Virus record (IMG/VR): IMGVR_UViG_3300037840_000227
Location: 34,783-98,782 of that record
Length of the DNA stretch: 64,000 bases
From: a virus
Strand: one strand, 5' to 3'
How positions within the stretch are numbered: position 1 is the first letter of the stretch; each line of letters opens with the position of its first letter. A model generated the notes under the pieces. The model did no database searches. It had not been told where the DNA came from and was given only the letters and a program-made list of their open reading frames with translations. Below, piece by piece: positions 29,905 through 39,608 of the stretch. Position numbers and translations under genes: made by a program.

Positions 29905-30015
29905 TTGACACCTCCTAGTTGAACGGCTGGCCTGTTGTCAGTCTCGTTCGTGCATCTAAATATAGAAACCGTTGGGCCGCCGCAAGAGGGCGTCAAGGCT
30001 TCAGAACAAAATTTT

Positions 30016-31545
30016 TCACCTCACGGATTTCCATTTCGGCGTCATCCCGAAAAGCGATGTAAACCCCTCCGTCTCCGGATCGTAGTTGAAGGTCACGTCG
30101 CCCTTGGCTCCTGACCAGTTAAATCGCGATTTCTTAACCCAGATTACCGTTTCGTTACCGTGGGGGTCCGGCACGTCAATGACGATGCCATGATCCGGTT
30201 TATTAAACCACGCCGCGCTCCCGGCAATATCGTAGAGGGTCGGCACCCTAGCGTGACCGTCCTTGCCGGCGACGTCCTTCGTGGGGTGGGCGACAACGAT
30301 AACCGCCACGCGATAGCGGCTTGCGAACCGGCGAATCATCCGGAGAGCGCGGTTGTGGTACTCAGTCTCGGTCTCATGTCGTGGCTTGGCGTGCTCGACC
30401 TCGTTCCATGGATCGATCACGAGGACACTGATGCCGTCCCTAAGGACCGCATCCGCGGCGCGCTCAAGGAGCCACTCCAGCGTCATATCCTCGTCACCGT
30501 CACCGCCGGGCTCGTCGTCGATGAAAACGAAGTGGCGCCCGATTTGACGGTCGGCGCGCGCGGCGTCGAAACCATCCCACGCCGTCGGCGGTTTGCCAAG
30601 CACCGCAAGCCGCAGCTTATGACGAAGCGTCGGTACGGTTGGTATCTCGAACGATGCAAGCGCGATAGTCCAATCGTTGCATTTGGCAAGGTTGACGCAG
30701 AGATTGATTACCCAGGTGGACTTACCGAATCCGGGGATGCCAGTCACGACGATCAGCTCTCCTAGCCATAGCCGGAAGTACGGATCAAGGTCAGGAAAGC
30801 CAGTGGAGAACGTTTCTGGTTCCGGTAGATCTGGATAGTCCCCCAGCCGATAGAGCCCGCGCACTGGGTACGGTCTAGCGCCATTCAGTATCCTTGTAAC
30901 GCCTTCCGAGCCCTCGGCCCTCCGCACATCATTTAGGTCTTTGCAGCCATCAGGATAATCCAGGAACAAGCAGCGGGCGGCGGAGAGGCGGCGCAAGAGT
31001 TCAGCTTCAAGGCGTTTCCCCGGCGCATCGTTGTCGACCGCGAGAATGAATTTCTTGATGCGCCTGAGACGATCCCGGTTGTTCCAAAGGTACGCAAACT
31101 TGCCGACGTTCTCGTGGGACGGATCGATCGGCCTTAGGTCAGTTGGGTTCTCCCCCTCACGCACGGCAGGCGCCCCATCGGGCACGGAGACTGCGAATGG
31201 GAATCCGCAGTCGATGGCGGTTAACGCATCAATCTCACCCTCAGTGATGATCAGCGGCGCAACTCCGGTCTCCAGCGCCGGATCATCAAGTACATCCGCA
31301 TTCCAGAACGTACGTTTTCCTCCCTTGCGCTGCCAGAACCGTTTGCCAGAGGCGCGGTATTTTTCAGCGACGACATGGCCGCGTTCGATAAACGGGAAGG
31401 CCACGACGTTTCCGTTTCGGTCAGGAACGACCGAGCCGTCATCGGCGATACGGCCCGTATAGATGCTGAACCGAACCGCTGTGTCCTCGGATATTCCCCT
31501 CGCCTCGAGAGCCTTGACTCCGAGTTGACCGAGCGTCGAACTCAT
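30016..31545 (-). CDS. Primase (TOPRIM)-helicase, T7 gp4/Twinkle-like, lacking the Zn finger
   Basis: ITEGEIDAL, SVPDGA, DND..G, KDLND; Walker A TGIPGFGKS; VIDPWN, VAHPTK, DIAGS. GGAGG RBS before ATG 31545. Confidence 0.9.
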   Translation of the reverse strand: MSSTLGQLGVKALEARGISEDTAVRFSIYTGRIADDGSVVPDRNGNVVAFPFIERGHVVAEKYRASGKRFWQRKGGKRTFWNADVLDDPALETGVAPLIITEGEIDALTAIDCGFPFAVSVPDGAPAVREGENPTDLRPIDPSHENVGKFAYLWNNRDRLRRIKKFILAVDNDAPGKRLEAELLRRLSAARCLFLDYPDGCKDLNDVRRAEGSEGVTRILNGARPYPVRGLYRLGDYPDLPEPETFSTGFPDLDPYFRLWLGELIVVTGIPGFGKSTWVINLCVNLAKCNDWTIALASFEIPTVPTLRHKLRLAVLGKPPTAWDGFDAARADRQIGRHFVFIDDEPGGDGDEDMTLEWLLERAADAVLRDGISVLVIDPWNEVEHAKPRHETETEYHNRALRMIRRFASRYRVAVIVVAHPTKDVAGKDGHARVPTLYDIAGSAAWFNKPDHGIVIDVPDPHGNETVIWVKKSRFNWSGAKGDVTFNYDPETEGFTSLFGMTPKWKSVR

Positions 31546-31738
31546 AGCGGTGTCCTCCCGAGAGCCCGCAGTGATGGCAAAAAAAACAGTATCCATCCGT
31601 GTCGGATTTCACAGATAGACACCGGATGTTTTTCTTTTTCCGGAGGTGGCTGCACTCCGGACACCGGAATAGCCGAGTGCCGACAAAATCGCGCGGGCGG
31701 CAACCCACCCGCGACAGGATCCTCTCGAAGTCGGTCAT
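31439..31738 (-). CDS. Stand-alone primase zinc-binding domain
   Basis: CPECSH.RKKK..RCLSV......FCHHCG.SG. Confidence 0.75.
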   Translation of the reverse strand: MTDFERILSRVGCRPRDFVGTRLFRCPECSHLRKKKNIRCLSVKSDTDGYCFFCHHCGLSGGHRYEFDARSTRSQGSRGEGNIRGHSGSVQHLYGPYRR

Positions 31739-31741
31739 GGC

Positions 31742-32587
31742 TCATAGCGCCCTCAGAAGCGGTGGTGTTGAAGGCCTGGCGTCCGGCAAGTCCTCGCTGT
31801 CGTAACCGCCTGCGTTCAACCACGCCGATGGAGCCTTGATGAACTGCTTGTCCGTGCCGGCAGAACGATGCGCCTCGGCGTAGCGCTTGGCCGCGGCGAT
31901 GATGCGATCAGGATTGGCCCCCGCCTTGACGATTTTTATGAACGTCTTGGCAGCGAGCGCAGGATCGACATGCTTGGGAAACGATCGATAAAATTCCTCG
32001 GCCTTCGCTTCGATGGTAAGGCCGCCAAAGAGGGGAGGGGGAGTACTCTTTCTTTCTTTCTTCTCTGTCTCTTCTCTAGCGTTACATTGCGTTACATTGC
32101 GTTGCATGCTGGTATCTAGTTGTGATTCCTCACCTATCTGTGCTGTCACGGAGTGCCCTCCGGCACCGTTAAATTGCTCGCCAACACGCGCACTTTGTTT
32201 CATTGCGTTTCGTGCGTTTCCATGCGTTACATTGCGTTTCATGCCCTTGCTCTCCCTCCAGGCCCTTACCCGCTCAGTTGATGGGTCTTCTCGCTTAGGT
32301 TGCCTTTTCGCCCAATTGGCGAGGCAAAGATTTTCACCGATTATGCCTCTTCCCTTCATTGCTGTTACCACCCGGCCAACCGAACCGTCCTCCAAGCCTC
32401 CCCAGGCTTCGTAAGCCTCGCCGTCGAAGGTCGAGATGCTGCCGCGGGGAGTGGACTGCGAGGCGTGATCGAAGAGCGCCCACGCGACCGCCGATACCGC
32501 CGCTGGCGTGACGCTGGCGAGCTTGGCGATCAGAATCCACTTTGGGTCCGTGGGAGCTCCATGCCAGGAGCGGAACCAGTCAGTCAT
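31742..32587 (-). CDS. Replication initiator-like protein
   Basis: WFR.WH N-terminus; C-terminal FY..FPK....A......FIKAPSAWLN domain; internal iterons. Confidence 0.7.
   Translation of the reverse strand: MTDWFRSWHGAPTDPKWILIAKLASVTPAAVSAVAWALFDHASQSTPRGSISTFDGEAYEAWGGLEDGSVGRVVTAMKGRGIIGENLCLANWAKRQPKREDPSTERVRAWRESKGMKRNVTHGNARNAMKQSARVGEQFNGAGGHSVTAQIGEESQLDTSMQRNVTQCNAREETEKKERKSTPPPLFGGLTIEAKAEEFYRSFPKHVDPALAAKTFIKIVKAGANPDRIIAAAKRYAEAHRSAGTDKQFIKAPSAWLNAGGYDSEDLPDARPSTPPLLRAL
32079..32244. repeat. Iteron-like repeats (TGCGTTACA/TGCGTTTC), putative origin
   Basis: GCGTTACATTGCGTTACATTGCGTTGCA and TGCGTTTCGTGCGTTTCCATGCGTTACATTGCGTTTCA inside the initiator gene. Confidence 0.65.
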
Positions 32588-33030
32588 TGCCGCCATCCCT
32601 TTGCTGCCGATTCGATTCGCGCAGTCTGAAAATCCATAATCATGTCCATAACCTCGCCCGCGCATCCCCTGGCGTCGCGATTAAGCTCGGAGCCTGTAAA
32701 TCGCATGATGCGGTAGCCGAGGCTGGTTAGGGAGCGATCACGCCGCTTATCCCTCGCCGCTTGGAATTGCGTTCGCTCATGGAAGGCATGGCCATCGCAC
32801 TCGACAACGATGTTGACCTCGCCGCCAAAGAACCGGAATGACACTACGAAATCAACGCGGTATCGCCCGACATGCCGCTGGGGGCGAACAGCGATCACAT
32901 CGTTGGCGCTTGGCGTCTTTTGTATGCGATAACCGGCGGCGGCTGCACCCTCGCAGAGAGCCAAGAGAAAGGCATCTTCGATAGGGCTTTCGGTCGCGCC
33001 GAGGAGTAATTTCCACTTCGTGATACTCAA
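32584..33030 (-). CDS. DUF559/Vsr-like endonuclease
   Basis: ESPIE, YRVDF, VECDG..FH, RD..RDR.L...G....RFTGSE. Confidence 0.8.
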   Translation of the reverse strand: MSITKWKLLLGATESPIEDAFLLALCEGAAAAGYRIQKTPSANDVIAVRPQRHVGRYRVDFVVSFRFFGGEVNIVVECDGHAFHERTQFQAARDKRRDRSLTSLGYRIMRFTGSELNRDARGCAGEVMDMIMDFQTARIESAAKGWRQ

Positions 33031-33152
33031 GGGAAGCTATCTCCGGCGTGGCGCGTTCTTTGGGCGCCCAAGCAACGGAGACTTGCGCTCAAGAATAAAA
33101 TATGCTGAAAAACCGAAGGAGGCCACGGTCCCGTCCTGGACTGATGGTTCAA

Positions 33153-33187
33153 GAATCAGGCAGCCGTTCGTCGCGGCTGCCTGATTC
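33153..33187. promoter_or_regulatory. 14-bp perfect stem-loop
   Basis: GAATCAGGCAGCCG-TTCGTCG-CGGCTGCCTGATTC. Confidence 0.55.
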
Positions 33188-33197
33188 GCTTTGAAGG

Positions 33198-33437
33198 CTA
33201 TGCCGGGCTCGGCATCCCGTCAACGCGCGCTTCGGAAGCGCCTGGCTTGTCTGCCCTTTCCACCGGCCACCGGGCGAGCTTCATCTCGCCGTCGATGATT
33301 CGCAGCGGCTCGCCCGAGGTGATCCGCCAGAAGCGAGCCTTGGCATGGTAGGCGTAGTAGTCGGGGTGGGAGAATCGGTTGGCGGTCGCGAGCGAGCGAT
33401 AGTAGTCCGCCATGTGGAACGCATGCTGGGTGCTCAT
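33198..33437 (-). CDS. Hypothetical protein
   Basis: ORF within the leftward operon. Confidence 0.5.
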   Translation of the reverse strand: MSTQHAFHMADYYRSLATANRFSHPDYYAYHAKARFWRITSGEPLRIIDGEMKLARWPVERADKPGASEARVDGMPSPA

Positions 33438-33575
33438 GGTGCGAGCCGGCCCCCCAAGCTAAGGCTTACTGCCGCGCTCACTGCCGCAACGCAGTAGAAC
33501 ACTGCGACTAGTCCCACACTCGCTATGACGATTTCGATAAACTCCGTCAGTTTGCCCATGATCCGTCCTCCCTAC

Positions 33576-33932
33576 TTACACAGCCTCGCGGGTTTTTATC
33601 CCATTCGCCGCAAGGAATTCGCGAACATCGTTAATGCTGCGGCAGACAGCCCATGGCCAGTGATTCGCGAGGCACAAGTCCCGGAAGTCTTTCTGACTTT
33701 TAGAAAGGACGCCGACGGCGGTTTTGATTTCCAGAAACAAGGCGCGTCCGCGCTCGTCCACGACGATAAGATCGGGGACGCCGGCCATGCCGCCCATCCA
33801 TTTGATCTTGGCAGCCTCAGCCTTTGTGCGAAGACCGCCCATGGGCACATGGAGACAAAGGCACCGGGGCGCCACGGTCCTTATGTATTGAACGACACTG
33901 GCCTGTAGGGACGCTTCGTCGTTGCGGCTCAC
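33576..33932 (-). CDS. VRR-NUC nuclease
   Basis: E..LQ, HVP.GG, GVPDL, FLEIK...G.LS..Q. Confidence 0.85.
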   Translation of the reverse strand: MSRNDEASLQASVVQYIRTVAPRCLCLHVPMGGLRTKAEAAKIKWMGGMAGVPDLIVVDERGRALFLEIKTAVGVLSKSQKDFRDLCLANHWPWAVCRSINDVREFLAANGIKTREAV

Positions 33933-34456
33933 CCAAACCTCGCGAATTCTCCGAAATGCTCGGTCGCGAGACGTTTATAGGCTTCGTGCGCCGCCTCTGG
34001 TGTCTTAAAGCCAGATCGCTCTATGCGCCGATTGTTAATCTGAAGCCGTGCGATCCACCACCCTTTCCGGCGCCTGAAGAGGACGCCTTTGAATGGTGAT
34101 GCGCTATTAGAATTCTTCTTTCTGTTGGCCATATTCTTTGAGTTGTCGGCTTCCCGTAGGTTGGCGATGCGATCATCGCCTTTGTCGCCATTTTTATGAT
34201 CAATCAAACTAGCGGGGAGCGCTCCATAGAAGTATAGCCACGCCATGCGCGAAGCCTTATACGAGCGCCGGTCGACCCTGATATAACGATACCCCTTGAC
34301 ACTTACCCAGCCCGCGCGGATCTTGGCGCGGTGACGCCCGCGGCGCTCAATTATCCACTTGAACCACCCTGTCTCTGGATCGTAGAAATAGTGATCAAGC
34401 AGTCGCGCGCGGAGTGTCGCAATCTCGTCAGAGTTGAAATCAGATGCGCGCGCCAT
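33929..34456 (-). CDS. HNH-AP2 homing endonuclease
   Basis: YDPETG, IDHKNG...DDRIANLREA, AP2 tail. Confidence 0.85.
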   Translation of the reverse strand: MARASDFNSDEIATLRARLLDHYFYDPETGWFKWIIERRGRHRAKIRAGWVSVKGYRYIRVDRRSYKASRMAWLYFYGALPASLIDHKNGDKGDDRIANLREADNSKNMANRKKNSNSASPFKGVLFRRRKGWWIARLQINNRRIERSGFKTPEAAHEAYKRLATEHFGEFARFG

Positions 34457-34703
34457 CTCTCTGCCGCGGCTTAGGTATATAGCGAAAGTCCCGCTCGGTG
34501 AGCTCGATGCCGCGCTTTGCGGCGATGCGCTTGAGTATCTCATCATAGCGCTTGGGGACCCGCCCGTAGCGCCGCCACATCGCCATCGCCGGCAGAGTCA
34601 GCAAGACGCCGGTTTCCTCGTGAATCAAGCGCCTTATAGTCGCCTGTCCGTCGACTGCGAACTTGTCAAAGAGTGGGAAGCGGCCTTCGGCTTTTCTTGT
34701 CAT
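34440..34703 (-). CDS. Cro-like small DNA-binding protein
   Basis: First gene of the leftward operon; AMAMWRRYGRVP resembles a Cro-type HTH. Confidence 0.5.
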   Translation of the reverse strand: MTRKAEGRFPLFDKFAVDGQATIRRLIHEETGVLLTLPAMAMWRRYGRVPKRYDEILKRIAAKRGIELTERDFRYIPKPRQRDGARI

Positions 34704-34711
34704 CGGACACA

Positions 34712-34740
34712 GAAATATTCTCAGAAGGCCCTTGCGTCAA
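34712..34740 (-). promoter_or_regulatory. Putative sigma70 promoter at a divergence point
   Basis: TTGACG-N17-TATTTC on the minus strand. Confidence 0.45.
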
Positions 34741-34776
34741 GTCACAGGCTATGCCTACCTATATTGAGACGCGAGA

Positions 34777-35331
34777 ATGCTCACAGGGGAAACAGGCATG
34801 CGGGACGGTATACCGAGGAATACCTCGCTTACGCAGGCGAGATTGCAGGAGCTTCTCGCATACGATGCGGCCACCGGAGTTCTGACCTGGATTGGCGGCA
34901 GTCGGCTCAACCGCGGCCGCGGGCGTCCACGACGTATTGGCACACGAGCGGGATTCCTGACACCTCACGGTTATAGAAATATTGCCGTTGACGGGATTAT
35001 TTATCGCGAGCACCGGATTATTTGGCTGCTCGTGACTGGTAAATGGCCGTCGCAATTTATGGATCACCGAAACCGCCGACGCGATGACAACCGGTGGAGA
35101 AATCTGCGTGAGGCGACGAGAGTCCAGAATGGACAAAACAGGGGTCTCAACAAAGACAATACAACCGGTGTCCAAGGCGTTTTCCCGAGCGGAACTAGGT
35201 TTATCGCACAGATTACAGTTGATGGTGAGCAAATCTATCTCGGTGCTTTTGGTACGGTCGAACAAGCTGCCGTTGCTCGGCGCTCCGCGAAGGAGCAGCG
35301 CCATCAGTTCCAGCCGGACGGTGGCCTATGA
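34777..35331 (+). CDS. HNH-AP2 homing endonuclease
   Basis: YDAATG, HRIIW, MDHRN..RDDNRW.NLREAT, AP2 tail. Confidence 0.85.
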   Translation: MLTGETGMRDGIPRNTSLTQARLQELLAYDAATGVLTWIGGSRLNRGRGRPRRIGTRAGFLTPHGYRNIAVDGIIYREHRIIWLLVTGKWPSQFMDHRNRRRDDNRWRNLREATRVQNGQNRGLNKDNTTGVQGVFPSGTRFIAQITVDGEQIYLGAFGTVEQAAVARRSAKEQRHQFQPDGGL

Positions 35332-36290
35332 GCGCGACACTTCCTGTCGTCAAATGGGACGGGAATAAGATTAGTCGTGCAGGTATTTATGAAAATGTGC
35401 CCATCGCGACATATCACAGTGGACATTTGTGTGTGGGGCCGTCGATATCTTCAACCGGCCTGCGAACGATTTTCGAAGATTCCGAGGAGGATTACTTCGA
35501 TAAGTCTCCATACAATCCAGATCGCGCCGAGGACGAGGAAAGGGACGAATTCACATTTGGCCGCGCACTTCATCACGCTATTCTTGGTGAACGAGATTTC
35601 GTGAAGCGCTTTGTTGTGCGCCCTGATACCTATGTCGACAAGAAGGGTGAAGCCAAACCCTGGAGCGGTAATGCCTTAAAATGTAAAGAATGGCTCAAGG
35701 AAGCCGCCGCCGCCGACCTGACTGTTTTGACACCGGCGATGCTTGAGCAAATCAAGGGCATGGCGATAAAGCTAGGCATGCTTCCTCTTGTCCGGGCTGG
35801 AGTCCTTAACGGGCTCGTTGAATGCTCGATGGTTTGGCAAGATGCCGAGACAGGCGTGTGGCTTTTGGCGCGGCCGGACGTCATCCCCACTGATAGTGGA
35901 AACTACGTCGACATTAAGAGCACGACGAGAACTAACTGGACCCCGCTCGTGCGAACGCTAGGTGAGTACAACTACCACCAACAGGCGGCCCTTGTTGCGG
36001 AAGGACATCGCATCCTGACTGGAAGGGAGATCGAGGATTTCTCTTTTTATTTCGTGAGAAAAACGAGACCTTATTCCGCTCGGATGGTTACGCTAAAGCC
36101 GGATGACTTAGCTTTGGGTGAGAGGCAGAATCACTTCGCTCTGCGGCGCTTCGTCAAGGCGTTCAATAGCGGGAAGTGGCCGGGTCCTGGGGGACTCCAG
36201 GAGGAAGTACAGTACATTGAGCTTAGCGACCGCCGCCGCCAAGAGATCGAAAATCGCCTAAAGAATGAAGGGGAGCTTACCTATGAGTGA
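35328..36290 (+). CDS. RecE/exonuclease VIII-like PD-(D/E)XK nuclease
   Basis: ISSTGL, FGRALH, ARPD, VDIKST, YHQQAA. Confidence 0.85.
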   Translation: MSATLPVVKWDGNKISRAGIYENVPIATYHSGHLCVGPSISSTGLRTIFEDSEEDYFDKSPYNPDRAEDEERDEFTFGRALHHAILGERDFVKRFVVRPDTYVDKKGEAKPWSGNALKCKEWLKEAAAADLTVLTPAMLEQIKGMAIKLGMLPLVRAGVLNGLVECSMVWQDAETGVWLLARPDVIPTDSGNYVDIKSTTRTNWTPLVRTLGEYNYHQQAALVAEGHRILTGREIEDFSFYFVRKTRPYSARMVTLKPDDLALGERQNHFALRRFVKAFNSGKWPGPGGLQEEVQYIELSDRRRQEIENRLKNEGELTYE

Positions 36291-37425
36291 CAACCGAGTG
36301 GCAATAATCGAGGGCAGGATTGATCAAGAAAGGGCGGCCTTGATCAAGATGGACGATCGAGTCGGCGGCGTCAGTTTTCAGGACGTTGCGCAGATGATGG
36401 AATTCGCGAAAATAATGTCCATTTCAGACAAGGCCGTACCAGCCTTCATGCGGGGCAATGTAGGCTTGTGCCTATCTATCATCGAGCAAGCAGATGGCTG
36501 GGGCTTCCGGCCGTACAGTCTCGCGCGGATGGCGTTTGTTGTGAATGATCAGGTCGCGTACATGTCACAGGTGATCCACGCAGTCATCGAGAAATGGGCG
36601 CCTCTCAAGCAGAGATTGCGTGCGGAGTACCTCGGTGAGGGGCCGGAACGCCAATGTAAGATTATCGGCCATATCAAGGGCGAGGTTGACCCTCTCGAAT
36701 ATCTTTCTCCAAAGTTGAAGGACATCAGCCCCAAAAATTCCCCCCTATGGAAGACTGATCCGGATCAGCAGCTTTTTTATTCGGCCTCCAGGGCATGGGC
36801 GAAGAGGTATTGTCCAGACATCCTTATGGGCGCCTTCTCTAAGGACGAGCTAGAGGATTCGCCATTGCATATCGGCGCCGATCGCGCCAAGGACGTCACC
36901 CCCAAGGCCAACATTGTTGGCCGCTTGAACGCCGACGCCGTTGCGCGCGCCGGGTTCAATGCCGAGGCTATCCAGGAAACGCTGGAGCAGACCGCCGCTC
37001 CGGCTCAAGATGCGGGTAGCGCGCCGCCATCAACGGCCGCTGCACCGCCGGCGGTCGCAGAGGAACCACCACTCGGGCCGTCCCCTCCCGTGTCCTCTGC
37101 GGCCGCCGAACCCTCGCCGCCTGCGGACCCCGCGCAATCATTGCCGGAGGCGGATCGGACGGAGATGCCGGAAACTAAGGAGGCCATGCCGGCGTCTCCG
37201 CCTGCGGTTATGCCGCCGCCGCCGAAGCTCGGGCAGAACTACGTCGCCTATGTGAGGCTGATGCTGCCGCACATGCGCTCAGTCGATGAGCTACAGAAGT
37301 GGTGGATGTCGGCGGAGCAAAAGAAAGTCCGCAACAAGCTCCCCAACTTTGGCCAGGAGCAATTCAAAGAGAGCGTGGCGATCATCACGGAACGGTGCAA
37401 TGAACTGGCGGCGAAGGAATTGTGA
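36283..37425 (+). CDS. recT: RecT-like ssDNA annealing protein
   Basis: VPAFMRG..G.C, SPLWKTDPDQQL.Y...RAWA..YCPD.LMG; adjacent to the RecE-like gene. Confidence 0.75.
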   Translation: MSDNRVAIIEGRIDQERAALIKMDDRVGGVSFQDVAQMMEFAKIMSISDKAVPAFMRGNVGLCLSIIEQADGWGFRPYSLARMAFVVNDQVAYMSQVIHAVIEKWAPLKQRLRAEYLGEGPERQCKIIGHIKGEVDPLEYLSPKLKDISPKNSPLWKTDPDQQLFYSASRAWAKRYCPDILMGAFSKDELEDSPLHIGADRAKDVTPKANIVGRLNADAVARAGFNAEAIQETLEQTAAPAQDAGSAPPSTAAAPPAVAEEPPLGPSPPVSSAAAEPSPPADPAQSLPEADRTEMPETKEAMPASPPAVMPPPPKLGQNYVAYVRLMLPHMRSVDELQKWWMSAEQKKVRNKLPNFGQEQFKESVAIITERCNELAAKEL

Positions 37426-37426
37426 C

Positions 37427-37825
37427 ATGCAACCGCCAGCGCGCAAGCACATCCCACTGAGCGTCAAGCTAGCCGCATGTCTTGACATGCTTGGCTTGAC
37501 CGGGAAGGCGCTCGATTGGAGCCATGAACCTGCGCTCCAGCTCCGCGCCTATGACGAGCACGATTACGATCCGCCGCAGCACGATCCTCGATTTATCCGG
37601 CCGCGCACGAAGGAAGCTCATGCCGTCTTGACAAACGGGACGGCTGTGCCGCTCTCTGGCGATAAAAGCCAGATCGCGAAGGTAAGGCGCGTGCGTGAGG
37701 GTCAAGCCGCATTCCGCGCCCGGCTGCTGGCGAAGGAGGCTGGCGAGGAGTCGCCGCGGTCGCGCTGGCCAAGCAGACCGTTCGGCGCTCAAACCAAGTG
37801 CTGGCCAAAGAGGCGCGCGCGGTGA
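37427..37825 (+). CDS. Hypothetical protein (degenerate HNH-like)
   Basis: DWSHEPAL.LR...HDP.FI......H...T. Confidence 0.5.
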   Translation: MQPPARKHIPLSVKLAACLDMLGLTGKALDWSHEPALQLRAYDEHDYDPPQHDPRFIRPRTKEAHAVLTNGTAVPLSGDKSQIAKVRRVREGQAAFRARLLAKEAGEESPRSRWPSRPFGAQTKCWPKRRAR

Positions 37826-38490
37826 GGTATAGCGAACTGAACATCTCGCGTTTGGACCTTGGGGAGCATCCGTTCCCAACGCTACCCGGCGGGTTCCGCG
37901 TAATCGCCGCAGATCCTCCGTGGCATTTCCGCGCAAGGACAGCGCTCCAATGTAGCAATTGGACATCGCGCCGTGATGCTGAGAAGCACTATGGCGTCAT
38001 GGGGATAGAGGACATCAAGGCGATGCCAGTACAGGCATTGGCTTCGCCAGAGGGGTGCCATTTGTTCCTTTGGGCGACGGGGCCATGCCTTCCTTTGGCT
38101 TTTGACGTGATTGAGGCATGGGGCTTCCGGTATTCATCCGTGGCCTTCACATGGGTCAAGCTGAAGCGCTCCTATCAATTGCAGCAACTTAGTACGTTGC
38201 CGCTCGTCGAGCGCGATCTACATGTCGGATTAGGCTTGACTACGCGCAAAAATGTCGAATTCTGCTTACTGGCTCGGCGGGGCAATGCGCGGCGGGAAGC
38301 TAGAGATGTGCGCGAAGTGATCCTCTCGCCGGTGCGAGAGCACTCTCGTAAGCCAGACGAGTTTTTTGAGCGCGTCGAGCGCTATGCTATTGGCCCGTAC
38401 GTCGAGCTATTCAGCCGTCAGGAGCGATCTGGATGGTGTTCCTGGGGCAATGAGCAAGGCAAATTTCTTCCGCATGTCGCGGAGGGGTAA
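37822..38490 (+). CDS. MT-A70 family N6-adenine methyltransferase
   Basis: ADPPW, LFLWAT, AWGF.Y....F.WVK, EHSRKP, ELFSR. Confidence 0.9.
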   Translation: MRYSELNISRLDLGEHPFPTLPGGFRVIAADPPWHFRARTALQCSNWTSRRDAEKHYGVMGIEDIKAMPVQALASPEGCHLFLWATGPCLPLAFDVIEAWGFRYSSVAFTWVKLKRSYQLQQLSTLPLVERDLHVGLGLTTRKNVEFCLLARRGNARREARDVREVILSPVREHSRKPDEFFERVERYAIGPYVELFSRQERSGWCSWGNEQGKFLPHVAEG

Positions 38491-38505
38491 CAAGGAGGAC
38501 GACTG

Positions 38506-39387
38506 ATGTTGACGACTGAAACAAGGACTATGCCGCTAGCCCCGCGCCGAGGGGTTGACCTGACGGAGCGCAACCTCTCGTGGTTCGCCGAGCGTGTCGA
38601 GCGCGGTAAGAGAGAAATCTTCGTCGAGATTGTGACGATCACGCCGGAAATCGCCAAGCGGTTGCTGGAGCAGAACGAGTGCAACCGCCCTGTGAGCGAG
38701 TCCTTGGTGGCGCAGATCACGAAGGACATCAGTTGCGGGTATTGGGTTTTGAACGGCGAGACGATCATTGTCTCGGCGGAAGGCTTCCTCAACGACGGCC
38801 AGCACCGGCTGTTAGCCGTGGTGCGCGCTGATGCTCCGATTCAAACCGCGATGATGTTTGGCGTCTCGCGCGGGAGCCGAACGACGGTGGATCAGGGGCG
38901 TTCGCGGTCAACCGCGAATTTCATGTCGATGACGAATGTCCCCAATGCCCATCGGGCGTCGGCGGTCGCAAACCTGTGGCTGGCGTACACGAAGGGCATT
39001 CTACGCCCAGAGAACACGCGGCAGGATGTACTTGCCTTCTATCGCCAGCACAAGCGCGAGATTGACGGCGCTGTGCATCGCCTGGGGGTCAATCCATACG
39101 CCGTATCGGTAGGCTACGCACCCTTGGTGGCTTCTTTCTTGATCCTGAAGGAAGTCAATCCGACAGATACCGAATGGTTCTTCGACAAGTTTCTCTCCGG
39201 CGCTGACCTGTCGCAGGAAAGCCCCATCCTTTGGCTACGCCAGAAGATGTCGCTTATCCACGGTGACGCCGTCCGCAACTGGCTCAAGCTGGAGTTGATC
39301 CTGCGTCATTGGAACGCCTGGCGGGCGAAGAAGCAGATGACGAGGCATATCGCCTTCACCGGGCAGTATCCCGATGTGCTGCCGTGA
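38506..39387 (+). CDS. ParB-like N-terminal domain protein
   Basis: ITPE.A..LL..N..NRP, NGETI, LNDGQHRL, DQGR.R. Confidence 0.75.
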   Translation: MLTTETRTMPLAPRRGVDLTERNLSWFAERVERGKREIFVEIVTITPEIAKRLLEQNECNRPVSESLVAQITKDISCGYWVLNGETIIVSAEGFLNDGQHRLLAVVRADAPIQTAMMFGVSRGSRTTVDQGRSRSTANFMSMTNVPNAHRASAVANLWLAYTKGILRPENTRQDVLAFYRQHKREIDGAVHRLGVNPYAVSVGYAPLVASFLILKEVNPTDTEWFFDKFLSGADLSQESPILWLRQKMSLIHGDAVRNWLKLELILRHWNAWRAKKQMTRHIAFTGQYPDVLP

Positions 39388-39608
39388 TGGCGGACAAGGC
39401 AGCCAGCATAATCGCCGCGGCAATGCTCCAGGCAGCGGAACGCGCCTTGATAAGCGCCGCGCTTTCAGCCGCCCGGCGCGCACAAGAGGGAGTCACCGTA
39501 ACTGAGCGGGGCATCGTCGTCTGGACGCCCGAGGCTCGGCTGGCGGAGTTCGAGATGAGGCTCTGGGAGGAATGCGCTGATGCAGTCTCAGATCTCCACG
39601 GGGAATGA
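39387..39608 (+). CDS. Hypothetical protein
   Basis: Coupled ORF. Confidence 0.45.
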   Translation: MADKAASIIAAAMLQAAERALISAALSAARRAQEGVTVTERGIVVWTPEARLAEFEMRLWEECADAVSDLHGE

